Source: Haliotis rubra (Eukaryota). From it: a DNA stretch of 64,000 bases. The stretch is taken from assembly GCF_003918875.1 (NCBI RefSeq), contig NW_025766536.1:744001-808000 (forward strand), written 5' to 3'. Positions 39,525-51,001 of the stretch are shown piece by piece (the stretch's first letter is position 1; each line of letters begins with the position of its first letter). The notes under the pieces are model-generated. The model was not told where the DNA came from. It ran no database searches and worked only from the letters and a program-made list of their open reading frames with translations. Both the position numbers and the translations under genes were made by a program.

Positions 39525-41790
39525 GTCCATGATTACTTCAATGTATGACCCATGGTTACTTCAAGGTATCGTCCATGGTTACTTCAAGGTATGATCCATG
39601 GTTACTTCAAGGAATGATCCATGATTACTTCAAGGTACTTCAAGGTATGATCCATGGTTACTTCAAGGCATGATCCATGGTTACTTCAAGGTATGATCCA
39701 TGGTTACTTCAAGGTATGATCCATGGTTACTTCAAGGTATGATCCATGGTTACTTCAAGGTATGATCCATGGTTACTTCAAGGTATGATCCATGGTTACT
39801 TCAAGGTATGATCCATGGTTACTTCAAGGTATCGTCCATGGTTACTTCAAGGTATGATCCATGGTTACTTCAAGGTATGATCCATGGTTACTTCAAGGTA
39901 TGATCCATGGTTACTTCAAATGGTTATGATCCATGGTTACTTCAAGGTATGATCCATGATTACTTCAAGGTATGATCCATGTTACTTCAAGGTATGATCC
40001 ATGATTACTTCAAGGTATGATCCATGGTTACTTCCATGGTTATGATCCATGGTTACTTCAAGGTATGATCCATGGTTACTTCAAGGTATGATCCATGGTT
40101 ACTTCAAAGGTATGATCCATGATTACTTATGATCCATGATTACTTCAAGGTATGATCCATGATTACTTCAAGGTATGATCCATGATTACCCATGATTACT
40201 TCAAGGTATGATCCATGGTTACTTCTGATCCAAGGTATGATCCATGGTTACTTCAAGGTATGATCCATGGTTACTTCAAGGTATGATCCATGGTTACTTC
40301 AAGGTATGATCCATGGTTACTTCAAGGTATGATCCATGGTTACTTCAAGGTATGATCCATGGTTACTTCAAGGTATGATCCATGGTTACTTCAAGGTATG
40401 ATCCATGGTTACTTCAAGGTATGATCCATGGTTACTTCAAGGTATGATCCATGGTTACTTCAAGGTATGATCCATGATCCATGGTTACTTCCAAGGTATG
40501 ATCCATGGTTACTTCAAGGTATGATCCATGGTTACTTCAAGGTATGATCCATGGTTACTTCAAGGTATGATCCATGGTTACTTCAAGGATTACTTCAAGG
40601 AATGATCCATGATTACTTCAAGGAATGATGACCCATGATTACTTCCAAGGTATGATCATGGTTACTTCAAGGTATGATCCATGATTACTTCAAGGTATGA
40701 TCCATGGTTACTTCAAGGTATGATCCATGGTTACTTCAAGGAATGATCCATGGTTACTTCAAGGTATGATCCATGATTACTTCAAGGTATGATCCATGGT
40801 TACTTCAAGGTATGATCCATGATTACTTCAAGGTATGATCCATGGTTACTTCAAGGTATGATCCATGGTTACTTCAAGGTATGATCCATGATTACTTCAA
40901 GGTATGATCCATGGTTGACTTGATTACTTCAAGGTATGATCCATGGTTACTTCAAAGACTTCCAACTTCATGATCCATGATTACTTCAAGGTATGATCCA
41001 TGATTACTTCAAGGTATGATCCATGGTTACTTCAAGGTATGATCCATGGTTACTTCAAGGTATGATCCATGATTACTTCAAGGTATGATCCATGATTACT
41101 TACTTCTTCAAAGGTATGATCCATGATTACTTCAAGGTATGATCCATGGTTACTTCTTATGATCCATGGTTACTTCAAAGGCATGATCCATGATTACTTC
41201 AAGGTATGATCCATGATTACTTCAAGGTATGATCCATGATTACTTCAAGGTATGATCCATATGATCCATGGTATGATCCATGATTACTTCAAGGTATGAT
41301 CCATGGTTACTTCAAGGTATGATCCATGATTACTTCAAGGTATGATCCATGGTTACTTCAAGGTATGATCCATGATTACTTCAAGGTATGATCCATGACT
41401 TCATGGTTACTTTACTTCAAGGTATGATCCATGGTTACTTCAAGGTATGATCCATGGTTACTTCAAGGTATGATCCATGGTTACTTCAAGGTATGACCCA
41501 TGGTTACTTCAAGGTATGATCCATGGTTACTTCAAGGTATGATCCATGGTTACTTCAAGGTATGATCCATGGTTACTTCAAGGCATGATCCATGGTTACT
41601 TCAAGGTATGACCCATGGTTACTTCATGGTTACTTCAAGGTATGATCCATGGTTACTTCAAGGTTATCCAAGGTATGACCCATGGTTACTTCAAGGTATG
41701 ATCCATGGTTACTTCAAGGTATGATCCATGGTTACTTCAAGGTATGATCCATGGTTACTTCAAGGTATGATCCATTGTTACTTCAAGGTG
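39525..41790. repeat. 23-bp satellite (~95-100 units)
   Basis: ggttacttcaaggtatgatccat in tandem. Confidence 0.97.
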
Positions 41791-42455
41791 TGATCATGGT
41801 TGCTCGATGTCCGCACATGACTTCTGTCATATCAACATATCCGAATTTGTAAACTTTATTGTATAAATTATCTAAACAAGCGGTTAACCTGGACAAAGTC
41901 CACACAGTGGCGTACTCGCTGAAAACCAATAAGCAGGTCCATTTGCATGTGAGAAAACTTGAAAAAATAAATCCCATGAAGTGCAAAGATTACCTATTTA
42001 TTTCGCAATATGTTATTTTGGGATTACAAAACTAAAATATTTTCAAGTGAAGTTGTATATATTTTTGCAATATCATTGTCTGGCAACTCTCGAAGTCAGC
42101 TTGGAAATGTACGTTACCACACTCTCTGACCTCTGAAAATGTTCATTATCTATAGAAATAGATCAGAAATAAATTGTAGTGGTTCAGTGGTTTTAATTCA
42201 CTCACAGAAAATCAATAAATGCAGAAAAAGCGCAAGGATCAGGGCAGTAGTCGGCACAATATGAATACCTCACTCGAACTTGGACAGACATTTTTTTAAA
42301 ACTGATCATTCAAACGCCAAGGTTTAAAAACGAAAAAGTCTCAATACTTAAACACTTTTCGTGACCATCCGAGTATGGTGTTTGTTCCTATTTCGGATCA
42401 AATTAGACACTGTGGTAAAACAATGTCTCATATAAATTAATAGTGTAAGTCATAA

Positions 42456-42482
42456 CAGAGACCATCTATTATATGGTCTCTG
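42456..42482. mobile_element. 27-bp micro-MITE with 7-bp TSD GTCATAA
   Basis: cagagaccat-ctattat-atggtctctg; TSD at 42449-42455 and 42483-42489. Confidence 0.75.
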
Positions 42483-42700
42483 GTCATAATAAATGCAACG
42501 TATGTTTCGTAAATGCCAATGCTCTATCGATTTGTGGTCTCTTACATGAGATGAATGGTGTGTACCGTGACTAAAACACTTTTTTGCATTAGTGATAATG
42601 TAGACAGCATAATTTACCTATGGATAGAGGCTGTTCGGTTGAAATTGTCTTTTCATTTACACGAAAATACCTACAGACAAAGGAAAGAACAAGTATGAAA

Positions 42701-43286
42701 AAGTCCGTTTGGCTCAAAAGCGGACCGATGAATTGCAATCTAACTCGAAAACTAATAAACATGAAATACTCAATGAAACGCTGATCATAATCAAAACATC
42801 ATACTCACTCTGTGAGGTTTTTGCAGAATTTTTGTCCTAAAAATAATAAAGTTGTTTAACAAACTATCATGAAATATTGACATAGTTCACTATTTGTTAC
42901 GAGGGAGGAGTGCAGAGAAAGGGACAGCCAGGTGTTCGAGAAGCATGGAGACGGCACAGCACAGGTTAATGAATCAATAATCTTTTGCATGGGCACAGAC
43001 AAAGTTATTTATTCATTAACCTGTGCTGTGCCGTCTCCATCCGTTCTCGAACACCTGGCTGTCCCTTTCTCTACACTCCTCCCTCGTAACAAATAGTGAA
43101 CTGTGTCCATATTTTAAAGATAGTTTGTTAAACAACTTTGTGATTGTTAGGACAAAAAATCTGCAAACACCTCACAGAGTGGGTATGATGTTTTGATTAT
43201 GATCAGCGTTTCATTGAGTATTTCATGTTTATTAGTTTTCGAGTTAGATTGCAATTCATCGGTCCGCTTTTGAGCCAAACGGACTA
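42701..43286. mobile_element. Foldback element with ~280-bp inverted arms; single arm also at 47088-47316
   Basis: (t/a)agtccgtttggctcaaaagcggaccg ... cggtccgcttttgagccaaacggacta. Confidence 0.9.
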
Positions 43287-43511
43287 TTTATAAACAAGTA
43301 TTCTATTTAATAACCCATCAATAAATTGCATCAGATAATGATTCACTTGACAGTCTAACACACACATGGGGGGATACATAAAACAAATAGAAATACAAGA
43401 GACATCGTTCCTAGTTTGTGAGCTCCACAACTTAATCTGTTATAAAACGTACATTTCAAATCAAGTTGCCTTCCCCTGTTACTTTGTTTTCGCCTAGTAA
43501 ATACTACGGTG

Positions 43512-43857
43512 GTGGAATTGGGTTTAACGTTGTGCTTGAGAATATTTCGCTCATATGATGACGTGCATGCGTGTGTATGTGTAAGTGCGGCTGCTTGTAC
43601 TAGCCCAGACTGAAGCTGGTTTTATAGCGCTAGCCCACTGAGATACCATGCCGCAGTGAAGCATGAATACCCCACTCAGACACAGTATACTGACTCCGAG
43701 TCGACCAGTCCTTGTTGTACCCGTTAATGCCGAGCGCCAGGCAGGGACCAACAAGTATCATATTTTAACGTCTTTTGGTATGATGCGGTCGGGGATCGAA
43801 CCCGCGACCTTCCGCACTCCGGGCGGACGCTCTAACCACTACAGCACGGAGGCGGTC
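43512..43857 (-). mobile_element. SINE family B
   Basis: Full length; TSD aaatactacggt. Confidence 0.92.
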
Positions 43858-44280
43858 AAATACTACGGTATCAGTGAGGGGGCAACATAGGCTTTAAACC
43901 AGTTTAAAACGATAAAACAATGAGTACAACAAAGCGTTTTGCCAAATACACGGGGGCTTTAAGGGGGTAACGGACATACCACTTGTAATTTTCAAACTTC
44001 TCTGCAACCAGGTTTAGGTCTCAACGACTCAGTTTGAACGTACGCTGTGACTTGCCACATGGTACTGGTTCATGAACCTTGCACAAAACCTGTGTGCAAC
44101 ACTTTCTTTCGTTAGTGTCGTCCAAACTGGTAACGTACATTTCGGTCACGTAAAAAGCTTTATTTCAGAATGACTATTGTACTTGTGAAGCTAAATGTTT
44201 TGGTACAAGTTGCATAGATCAAAACCTTTATTTACCACACACAACATCATCCAAAATTACTTTATGTTTTTACATATGAC

Positions 44281-44443
44281 GGGGCGGTGGGGTAGCCTAG
44301 TGGTTAAAGCGTTGGCTCGTCACGCCGAGGATCCGGGTTCGATTCCCCACATGGGCACAATGTGTTAAGCCCATTTCTGGTGTCCCCCGCCGTGATATTG
44401 CTGGAATATTGCTAAAAGCGGCGTAAAACTAAACTCAGTCAGT
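44281..44443 (+). mobile_element. SINE family A
   Basis: Full length; TSD tttacatatgac. Confidence 0.92.
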
Positions 44444-44520
44444 TTACATATGACAGTGAGACATCATTTGGACCTGCGCATTGAGTTTCAGTGACTATGG
44501 ACAAAGCAATGCGCAGTAGC

Positions 44521-44948
44521 GCTGAAGGCGTCGTTGTCGGCCCTACTACAGATGTGTACCCCAGGTACGTTTCTGTATACAGAAATGTACCCTAGCCAAA
44601 ATCAGAATACAGAAATGTACCCTTGGACGATTCCATTCTGTATTGTGGAGTTTTCTTCATCGGAACGGTCATACTGTTGTATTAGATGCATTTGATATCG
44701 TTATATAAGAGCGTACACAGTAATGAATATGTCACGGTGCACAAGGTACACCACTCGCAATCAGCTGAACGGGAACAACTAAATTTACATACGGTTTCGG
44801 TTTTTGGTTGCGGAATATGGACTCGTCCGTCGTTTAGGGTACCGGGTACGTTTCTGTAGTTTGTCTTTGTCTAGGGTACATGTCTGTATACAGAAACGCA
44901 CCTGGGGTGCATATCTGTAGTACCTGTGCCGACAACGACCCCTTTAGT
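44521..44948. mobile_element. MITE, same family as 45392-45819, opposite orientation
   Basis: TIR gctgaagg(c/g)gtcgttgtcggc... Confidence 0.85.
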
Positions 44949-45391
44949 CTGTCGTACAGACCCTGAAGCAAATATATCCAAGGAAGCCCACACAAGTCTA
45001 GAAAAAGTGGCAAGTCTAGATTTCCTCAGCTTCTGAAAATGAAGAAAGTCTCAGGGCTCCTTTTCATTATATTTTATTTTTTTTCTACTATGAACTTTTT
45101 TTTCAGTAAAATATGTTCATTTCAGAGACTAGTTGTTAGTCTACGACGCCTTCAACCGCAGTAGCAGTTTGATCCCGTAACCAGTCGAGCAAAACGTCTC
45201 CCAACAGAGCAAAGCCTGACAGTAACTAGCCTAGTAGTCTCGCGGTCACTAAGCGATAAGATCTTCCCTTCTGCCCAGCCCTGACTGTGGGAACAAAACG
45301 GGTTCTGAATCCCTCATCTCTCTCCTTTCCAATTCAAAATAATATTTGTTTCCCTCAAATTATGTATTTTCAGACACAGGGCGTTAGTCTA

Positions 45392-45819
45392 GCTGAAGGG
45401 GTCGTTGTGGGCACAGGTACTACAGATACGTACCCCAGGTACCTTTCTGTGTACAGATATGTACCCTAAACAAAGTCAAAATACAGAAACGTACCCGGTA
45501 CCCTAAAAGGCGGACTAGTCCATATTCCGCAATCCAAAAGCGCAACCGTATATAGTTGTTTCCGTTCAACTGAAACCAAGTGATATTCATATGCATCGTG
45601 AAATATCCGTTACTGTGTATTCTCATTACTTACATAACGCAATCAAATGTATCTAATACAACAGTATGACAGTTCCGGTCAAGAATACGACATAATGGGA
45701 ATGGAATCGTCCTAGGGTACTTTTCTGTATTCTCATTATGGCCAAGGTACGTTTCTGTATACAGAAACGTACCTGGGGTACATATCTGAAGTACCCGTGC
45801 CGACAACGACCCCTTCAGC
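45392..45819. mobile_element. Mutator-like MITE (9-bp TSD GTTAGTCTA)
   Basis: ~75-bp TIRs; TSD at 45383-45391 and 45820-45828. Confidence 0.9.
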
Positions 45820-45915
45820 GTTAGTCTATATAACCGCCATTGCGATGGTGCTATTTCGGCCCCTCGTCCGACTAGTCGGGTCAAAGTTTACTCGAATACA
45901 TGACACGTTTTTGTT

Positions 45916-46200
45916 TACTCACCAAATTTGACGAAGCACTCTGATACAAGCTGCAGCTTCCAGATGAATACACAGTGATCCAGTGTTACTGTTGTATTGC
46001 AGCGGAGCCAAGGTTCAGAGGTCACAAGACCAGCTGTATCCCAGAATAGAGCGACTATTCATGCCTCGCCTGGCCTCTTTCACAATAACCTTGTGCACAG
46101 TAAACGCCCAGTCAGCTGTATCTCAGCTCTGTCAAAGCGGCTAGTGAATAACTGATTGTGTGATAAATAGGTAAACGACGTTGACAGTAGTCCTGGGGAT
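45916..46200 (-). promoter_or_regulatory. Putative non-coding first exon / promoter of sulfotransferase copy 3, with donor G|GTGAGTA (intron 45922-37648)
   Basis: Homologous to 22139-22450; donor at 45922-45916. Confidence 0.5.
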
Positions 46201-46276
46201 ATATACTGTCGTTGAAGTGGTACGTCTCAGACTAGTCTTGCTCGGACTAGCTTAAGACTGTACTGAGTGTACCTAT

Positions 46277-46695
46277 TAGTGGTGGTCCGATTAATTGAAA
46301 TAATCGAAGATTGGTCGCAGTGACTAAACGACCAAGCAATCGATCATGTTTTCTCATAATCGAATACAAACAATTCTGGAACACCTTTTGCATCAACAAT
46401 TTTTTTCACTAGGTTGGTTTTGTCTGTTACATTTCTTAAGCACTACAAGCTCAGTCCAAGTCATGATTAAATTTATCTTAAAGACTCAAAGAGATTAATG
46501 TTCCTAACATACTAGTCATCCTTTAAAGATGTGAAATTTGTGGAAAAACACAACCAAAGAACTACAAAAAATTTCTTTATGTTTTTGTGCAAACAGGGAA
46601 ATTTCATAAATGACGCTAACCAATTATTTTCGATGATTGATCGGTTGTAATGAACCAATCATCGATTATGAGATTTTAACCAATTCCCAGCACTA
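46277..46695. mobile_element. hAT-like MITE (8-bp TSD GTACCTAT)
   Basis: tagtggtgg...ccagcacta ends; TSD at 46269-46276 and 46696-46703. Confidence 0.88.
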
Positions 46696-48422
46696 GTACC
46701 TATCCATGGTTACTTCAAGGGATGATCCACGATATTACGTAGAGGGTAATGTCCGAGTAACTCTCCATTCCTTAAAAATAATGGAGCCGAGGCCCCGTGA
46801 CAAATGTAATTTAATTCAAGGGATTAATATGAACATATATATCCACGGTTACTTTAAGGTATGATCCATAATTACTTCAAGGGATGGCTTCATACATAGT
46901 GCTAAGCTCACCAGACACCAGCAGTTGCGTCATACATTCTACCCATGTGGAGAATAGAACCCGGGTCTTCGGCGTAACGAGCGAACGTCTTAACCACTAG
47001 GCTACCCCACCGTCCCTTTTATGTCTAGGGCTGGGGCAATCGAGTCTTGCAAAACGAACCCGAAGAAGGAATCCGACTTAATCCCATAGTCCGTTTGGCT
47101 CAAAAGCGGACCGATGAATTGCAATCTAACTCGAAAACTAATAAACATATAATACTCAATGAAACGCTGATCATAATCAAAACATCAGACCAACTCTGTG
47201 GTTTGTTTGCAGAATTTATGTCCTAAAATTAAAAAAGTTGTTTAACAAACTATCATTAAAATATTGACACAGTTCACTATTTGTTACGAGGGAGGAATGC
47301 AGAGAAAGGGACAGCCAATATCTGCCACGAAGGGCACGACATATTTGCAATGCTAATGAAGGGACACGTATGTCACAAACTCACCAAAATACAGTCACTT
47401 CCAAAATTAACCGCAGGAACTTCGAGCCAAAATCTCACATACAAAACTATGCTTAGAGTATTGCAAAGGGACCCTTACGCATTTAAAACATGTGCATCCA
47501 CCAATGGTTTACACGGTAGGCACAAAATATTTGCATCCTTGATGCACGGACATGGGTTTCAGTTGGAAGACGTAAATTCCTGTCCATAGGTGCTGACGAA
47601 ACATTGCCATGAACTGATTGTGGTGTGACACGTGCAATGGCGGTCCAGTTTAAGTCTGAGCTTGATCTGACGAAGTGTATCGTGGGGTAGGAAATCTTTC
47701 AGGCCTACAAGCCACGGTTACTGCGGGATACGACCAGGGTGAAATTGTACACAGCAATCTTAGCGTTAAGGTGACCGTAACTCCCATACCTTAACATAGA
47801 CTTAGCGTAGTCTAAGGTCTTTTGTCATGAGCATCAGTCTACGCATTTGGGAAACGATCACATGCACCTACTGGAAAACAAGGATAAGTTGAGCACCGAC
47901 CTGACAATTGACCTGTATTAGCATGTATGATTGCCGCACACTGGCGCTTGCCATTGTGAGCGAAGGGGCCCCAGGTTGTCCGCGATCAAGTGTAGCGCTA
48001 CACCGACCACGTGAGAGTCTTATGAGCAAGGCGTGTGCAGGAATCAATTTCATTGCCATGTACTGCACGTGCACTAGCCTATATCTGTTCTACCTTTCAC
48101 AAACCAAATGGGTTTGCTCATTCCCATGCACCGCCTACTTCTCGTAAACCCGTTCTCTGCGCCGGTCCAACTTATCCTTGTTTGCCAGTACATACCAAGT
48201 AAACGACCCAGACTATGTGACTATCGGGGTCGAGTGGTCAGGCTCGCTGACTTGGTTGATGCATGTAATCGTTTCCAAAATGCGTAGATTGATGCCATGG
48301 AGGTCACTGGGTTGTCTGATCCACACGCCATATACTGAGTGCTGCGCTCAGTGAGCCTTACCTTCACAAAACCTCGTCAGTGAACATGTGACAATCGCCT
48401 GCTCGTAGCGCTGGCTATAGAA

Positions 48423-48596
48423 TGACTGACTGACTGACTGAGTTTGGTTTTACGCCGCTTTTAGCAATATTCCAGCAACATCACGGCTGGGGACACCAGA
48501 AATGGGCTTCACACATTGTCCCCATGTGGGGATTCGAACCCGGGTCTTCGGCGTGACGAGCCAACGCTTTAACCACTAGGCTACCCCACCGCCCCG
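48423..48596 (-). mobile_element. SINE family A
   Basis: Full length; TSD gctatagaatga. Confidence 0.92.
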
Positions 48597-49177
48597 CTAT
48601 AGAATGAAATGACGAAGATGAAATATCCATAAAACCAGATATATCATGAGATCTCATACATCTAGTTTTCATATGTAATTAAGTACACAGCTGCATGCGA
48701 TGAGCTTTGACAGAGAAGCGTATTACCGTTTTCCGTTCTATAAACGACCGTCCATTTTATATACTATACTAACGAACATAGTATACTATGTCAAATTCCT
48801 ATGTTATTTCGAAAATTCATTTTTCACTCAAACATGTTAGTAAATTTTACAAAACAGTTAGTAAATATTTGAAGTATTATAGTTTTTCACTGTATCGTAT
48901 GGTGGCTGATCGGGGCATCGCTATATCGTACATCATAGTATCGCCATGTCTCGTGTTGTCATAGTGCAGTGTTGTGTCGTACTAACTCGTTGTCTCAGAA
49001 TCGCCTGGAAATTTCAGGGATATATGTGGATGGCCCGAATAGGTATCCATAAATATTCGAAGTAACAAGAAAATAATCCAAACAACGGGACGAAATATTG
49101 TTTTCGTTTATGGTACAAGCGTACAAACCGGTGTACACACTGCGTAAGTCCACTTTGCAACTCGAAACAACTACTAT

Positions 49178-49339
49178 GAGTGAGTATGGTTTTACGCCGC
49201 TTTTAGCAATATTACAGCAATATCATGGCGGGGCACACCAGAAACGGTCTTCACACATTGTACCCATGTGGGGAATCGAACCCGGGTCTTCAGCCTGACG
49301 AACGAACGCTTTGACCACAAGGCTACCCCACCGGCCCCG
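49178..49339 (-). mobile_element. SINE family A
   Basis: Reverse-complement copy. Confidence 0.87.
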
Positions 49340-49614
49340 AAGAAACTGGAATTATGGAAATTAATAATGACAAAGTAATCGAAGTAATGAGAAATTAATT
49401 GATATTACAAGAAAATGCTCGAAGCAACGAGAAAATAATTAAAGCATCGAGATGGAATATTGCTAAAAGCAGGGAAAACCAAACTCACTCACTCACTCAT
49501 AACAAAAGTAGTATTAATGACTTTCATTAACTTTAGACCTGTCGCACTTTCAAACTGTATTGAAGTAAAGTAAGTGTTGAAGTGTTTAGCGTGGAGGACC
49601 TGCATTACTTCGAC

Positions 49615-49875
49615 ATCCCAATCCACCCGAAAGACCCAACTCCCAATTCACCCGAAATCCCCAACTCCCAATCCACCCGAAATCTCCAACTCCCAATCCA
49701 CCCCAAATTCCCAACTCCCAATTCACCCGAAATACCCAACTCCCAATCCACCCGAAATACCCAACTCCCAATTCACCCGAAATCCCCAACTCCCAACCCA
49801 CTCGAAATCTCCAACTCCCAATCCACTCGAAATCCCCAACTACGTAATCCACCCGAAATCCGCAACTCCCAATCA
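49615..49875. repeat. 25-bp minisatellite
   Basis: ccccaactcccaatccacccgaaat in tandem. Confidence 0.93.
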
Positions 49876-50068
49876 TCAACCTGAGATGCCGTGACACTGA
49901 AACCCTATTGAGCACCATCTCACTGACTGTGTCATCAGCCAGGAACGAAGTTTTAGAACGGCTCGTACAACATTACAACTTTCCACAGCATGTGTTAAAA
50001 GAGAGACTGGTTTTTGATTCACATGGATAGTAAACATTTACTTTCCGTGAGTACAGACTTGATATTAA

Positions 50069-50965
50069 AGGTCACATGCAACGTAAAACACAACTTTGCA
50101 GATTCTGATACCTTTCGGTATGGACTTACAGTAACAAATGGACAAAAATGCAAATTCAACTTATAAAGTTGAAAAATAACGCGATGAAAAAAACCCCGCG
50201 AAATCAGAGTTCAAACGATTCACTAAATTCACCCCAGCTGGGGTGAAAAGTGGTTTCAACAACTGGCTACGCTGCGCTGATCTGCGCCCATGGGGCATGC
50301 GCAGTGAATAGGTTCGCGCAGCTCTGAGTTAGTTGCGTTATTTAGCGTCGCACGCACAACTAAGGTATTTCGGCGACGGGGTAGTACACTTATTAAGAAA
50401 TGAGGGGGAACAAAAAATAGAACTTTTGAAAGAGTGGTGTTGGAAGCTATGATGTGAGCTATTTTTCTAATGTTTTGTTGTTATTTCACAGTCGCGAGTT
50501 TTTTATATGTTATGACGGGATTACCGATTTAACTGTTTATATAATTTCATTTGACTATTTCACTACACGTTCTTCTTACCGAGTCACTTTCTCAGTTCGA
50601 TATATACTTAACATCAACGTCAATATTTAGCATTGTCAGAATTTCTAATTGAGATATGCCTCTATCACAGACAAAACTCAATGTCTGTTTTATTGACACC
50701 TATGTGCCTGCCTGCCTGTCTGCTAATGACAATATGCAATACACAACTTCGATACACGCCCACCCGCTCTGACTGGGTTCGGTATCCCGGGTGCTTCGTT
50801 TCGAGAGAAGTAAACCCAAGTACAAAATATTGCACTTTTGATTTGCGATTGTACGCCTATAATTGTATTTATTTGTTTTCTCATAATCAGCCATGCATAT
50901 TATATGTCATGTATAAGTGATAATTGTGTTTTAATTTTGTTTGTTTTTTTGGTTGCATGTGACCT
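50069..50965. mobile_element. Kolobok-like non-autonomous DNA transposon (TTAA/TTGA flanks)
   Basis: TIR aggtcacatgcaac / gttgcatgtgacct. Confidence 0.8.
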
Positions 50966-51001
50966 TTGAACTTGACATATATCTTCCCCAGAAACCAGAA
51001 G

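Larger units (their letters stand above)
17611..47070. repeat. Tandem segmental triplication (units start ~17611, ~24680, ~35491), each carrying a sulfotransferase gene
   Basis: Colinear near-identical flanks; e.g. ctcccatgccaggagtggacactcaacac at ~17881, ~24920, ~35732. Confidence 0.9.
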
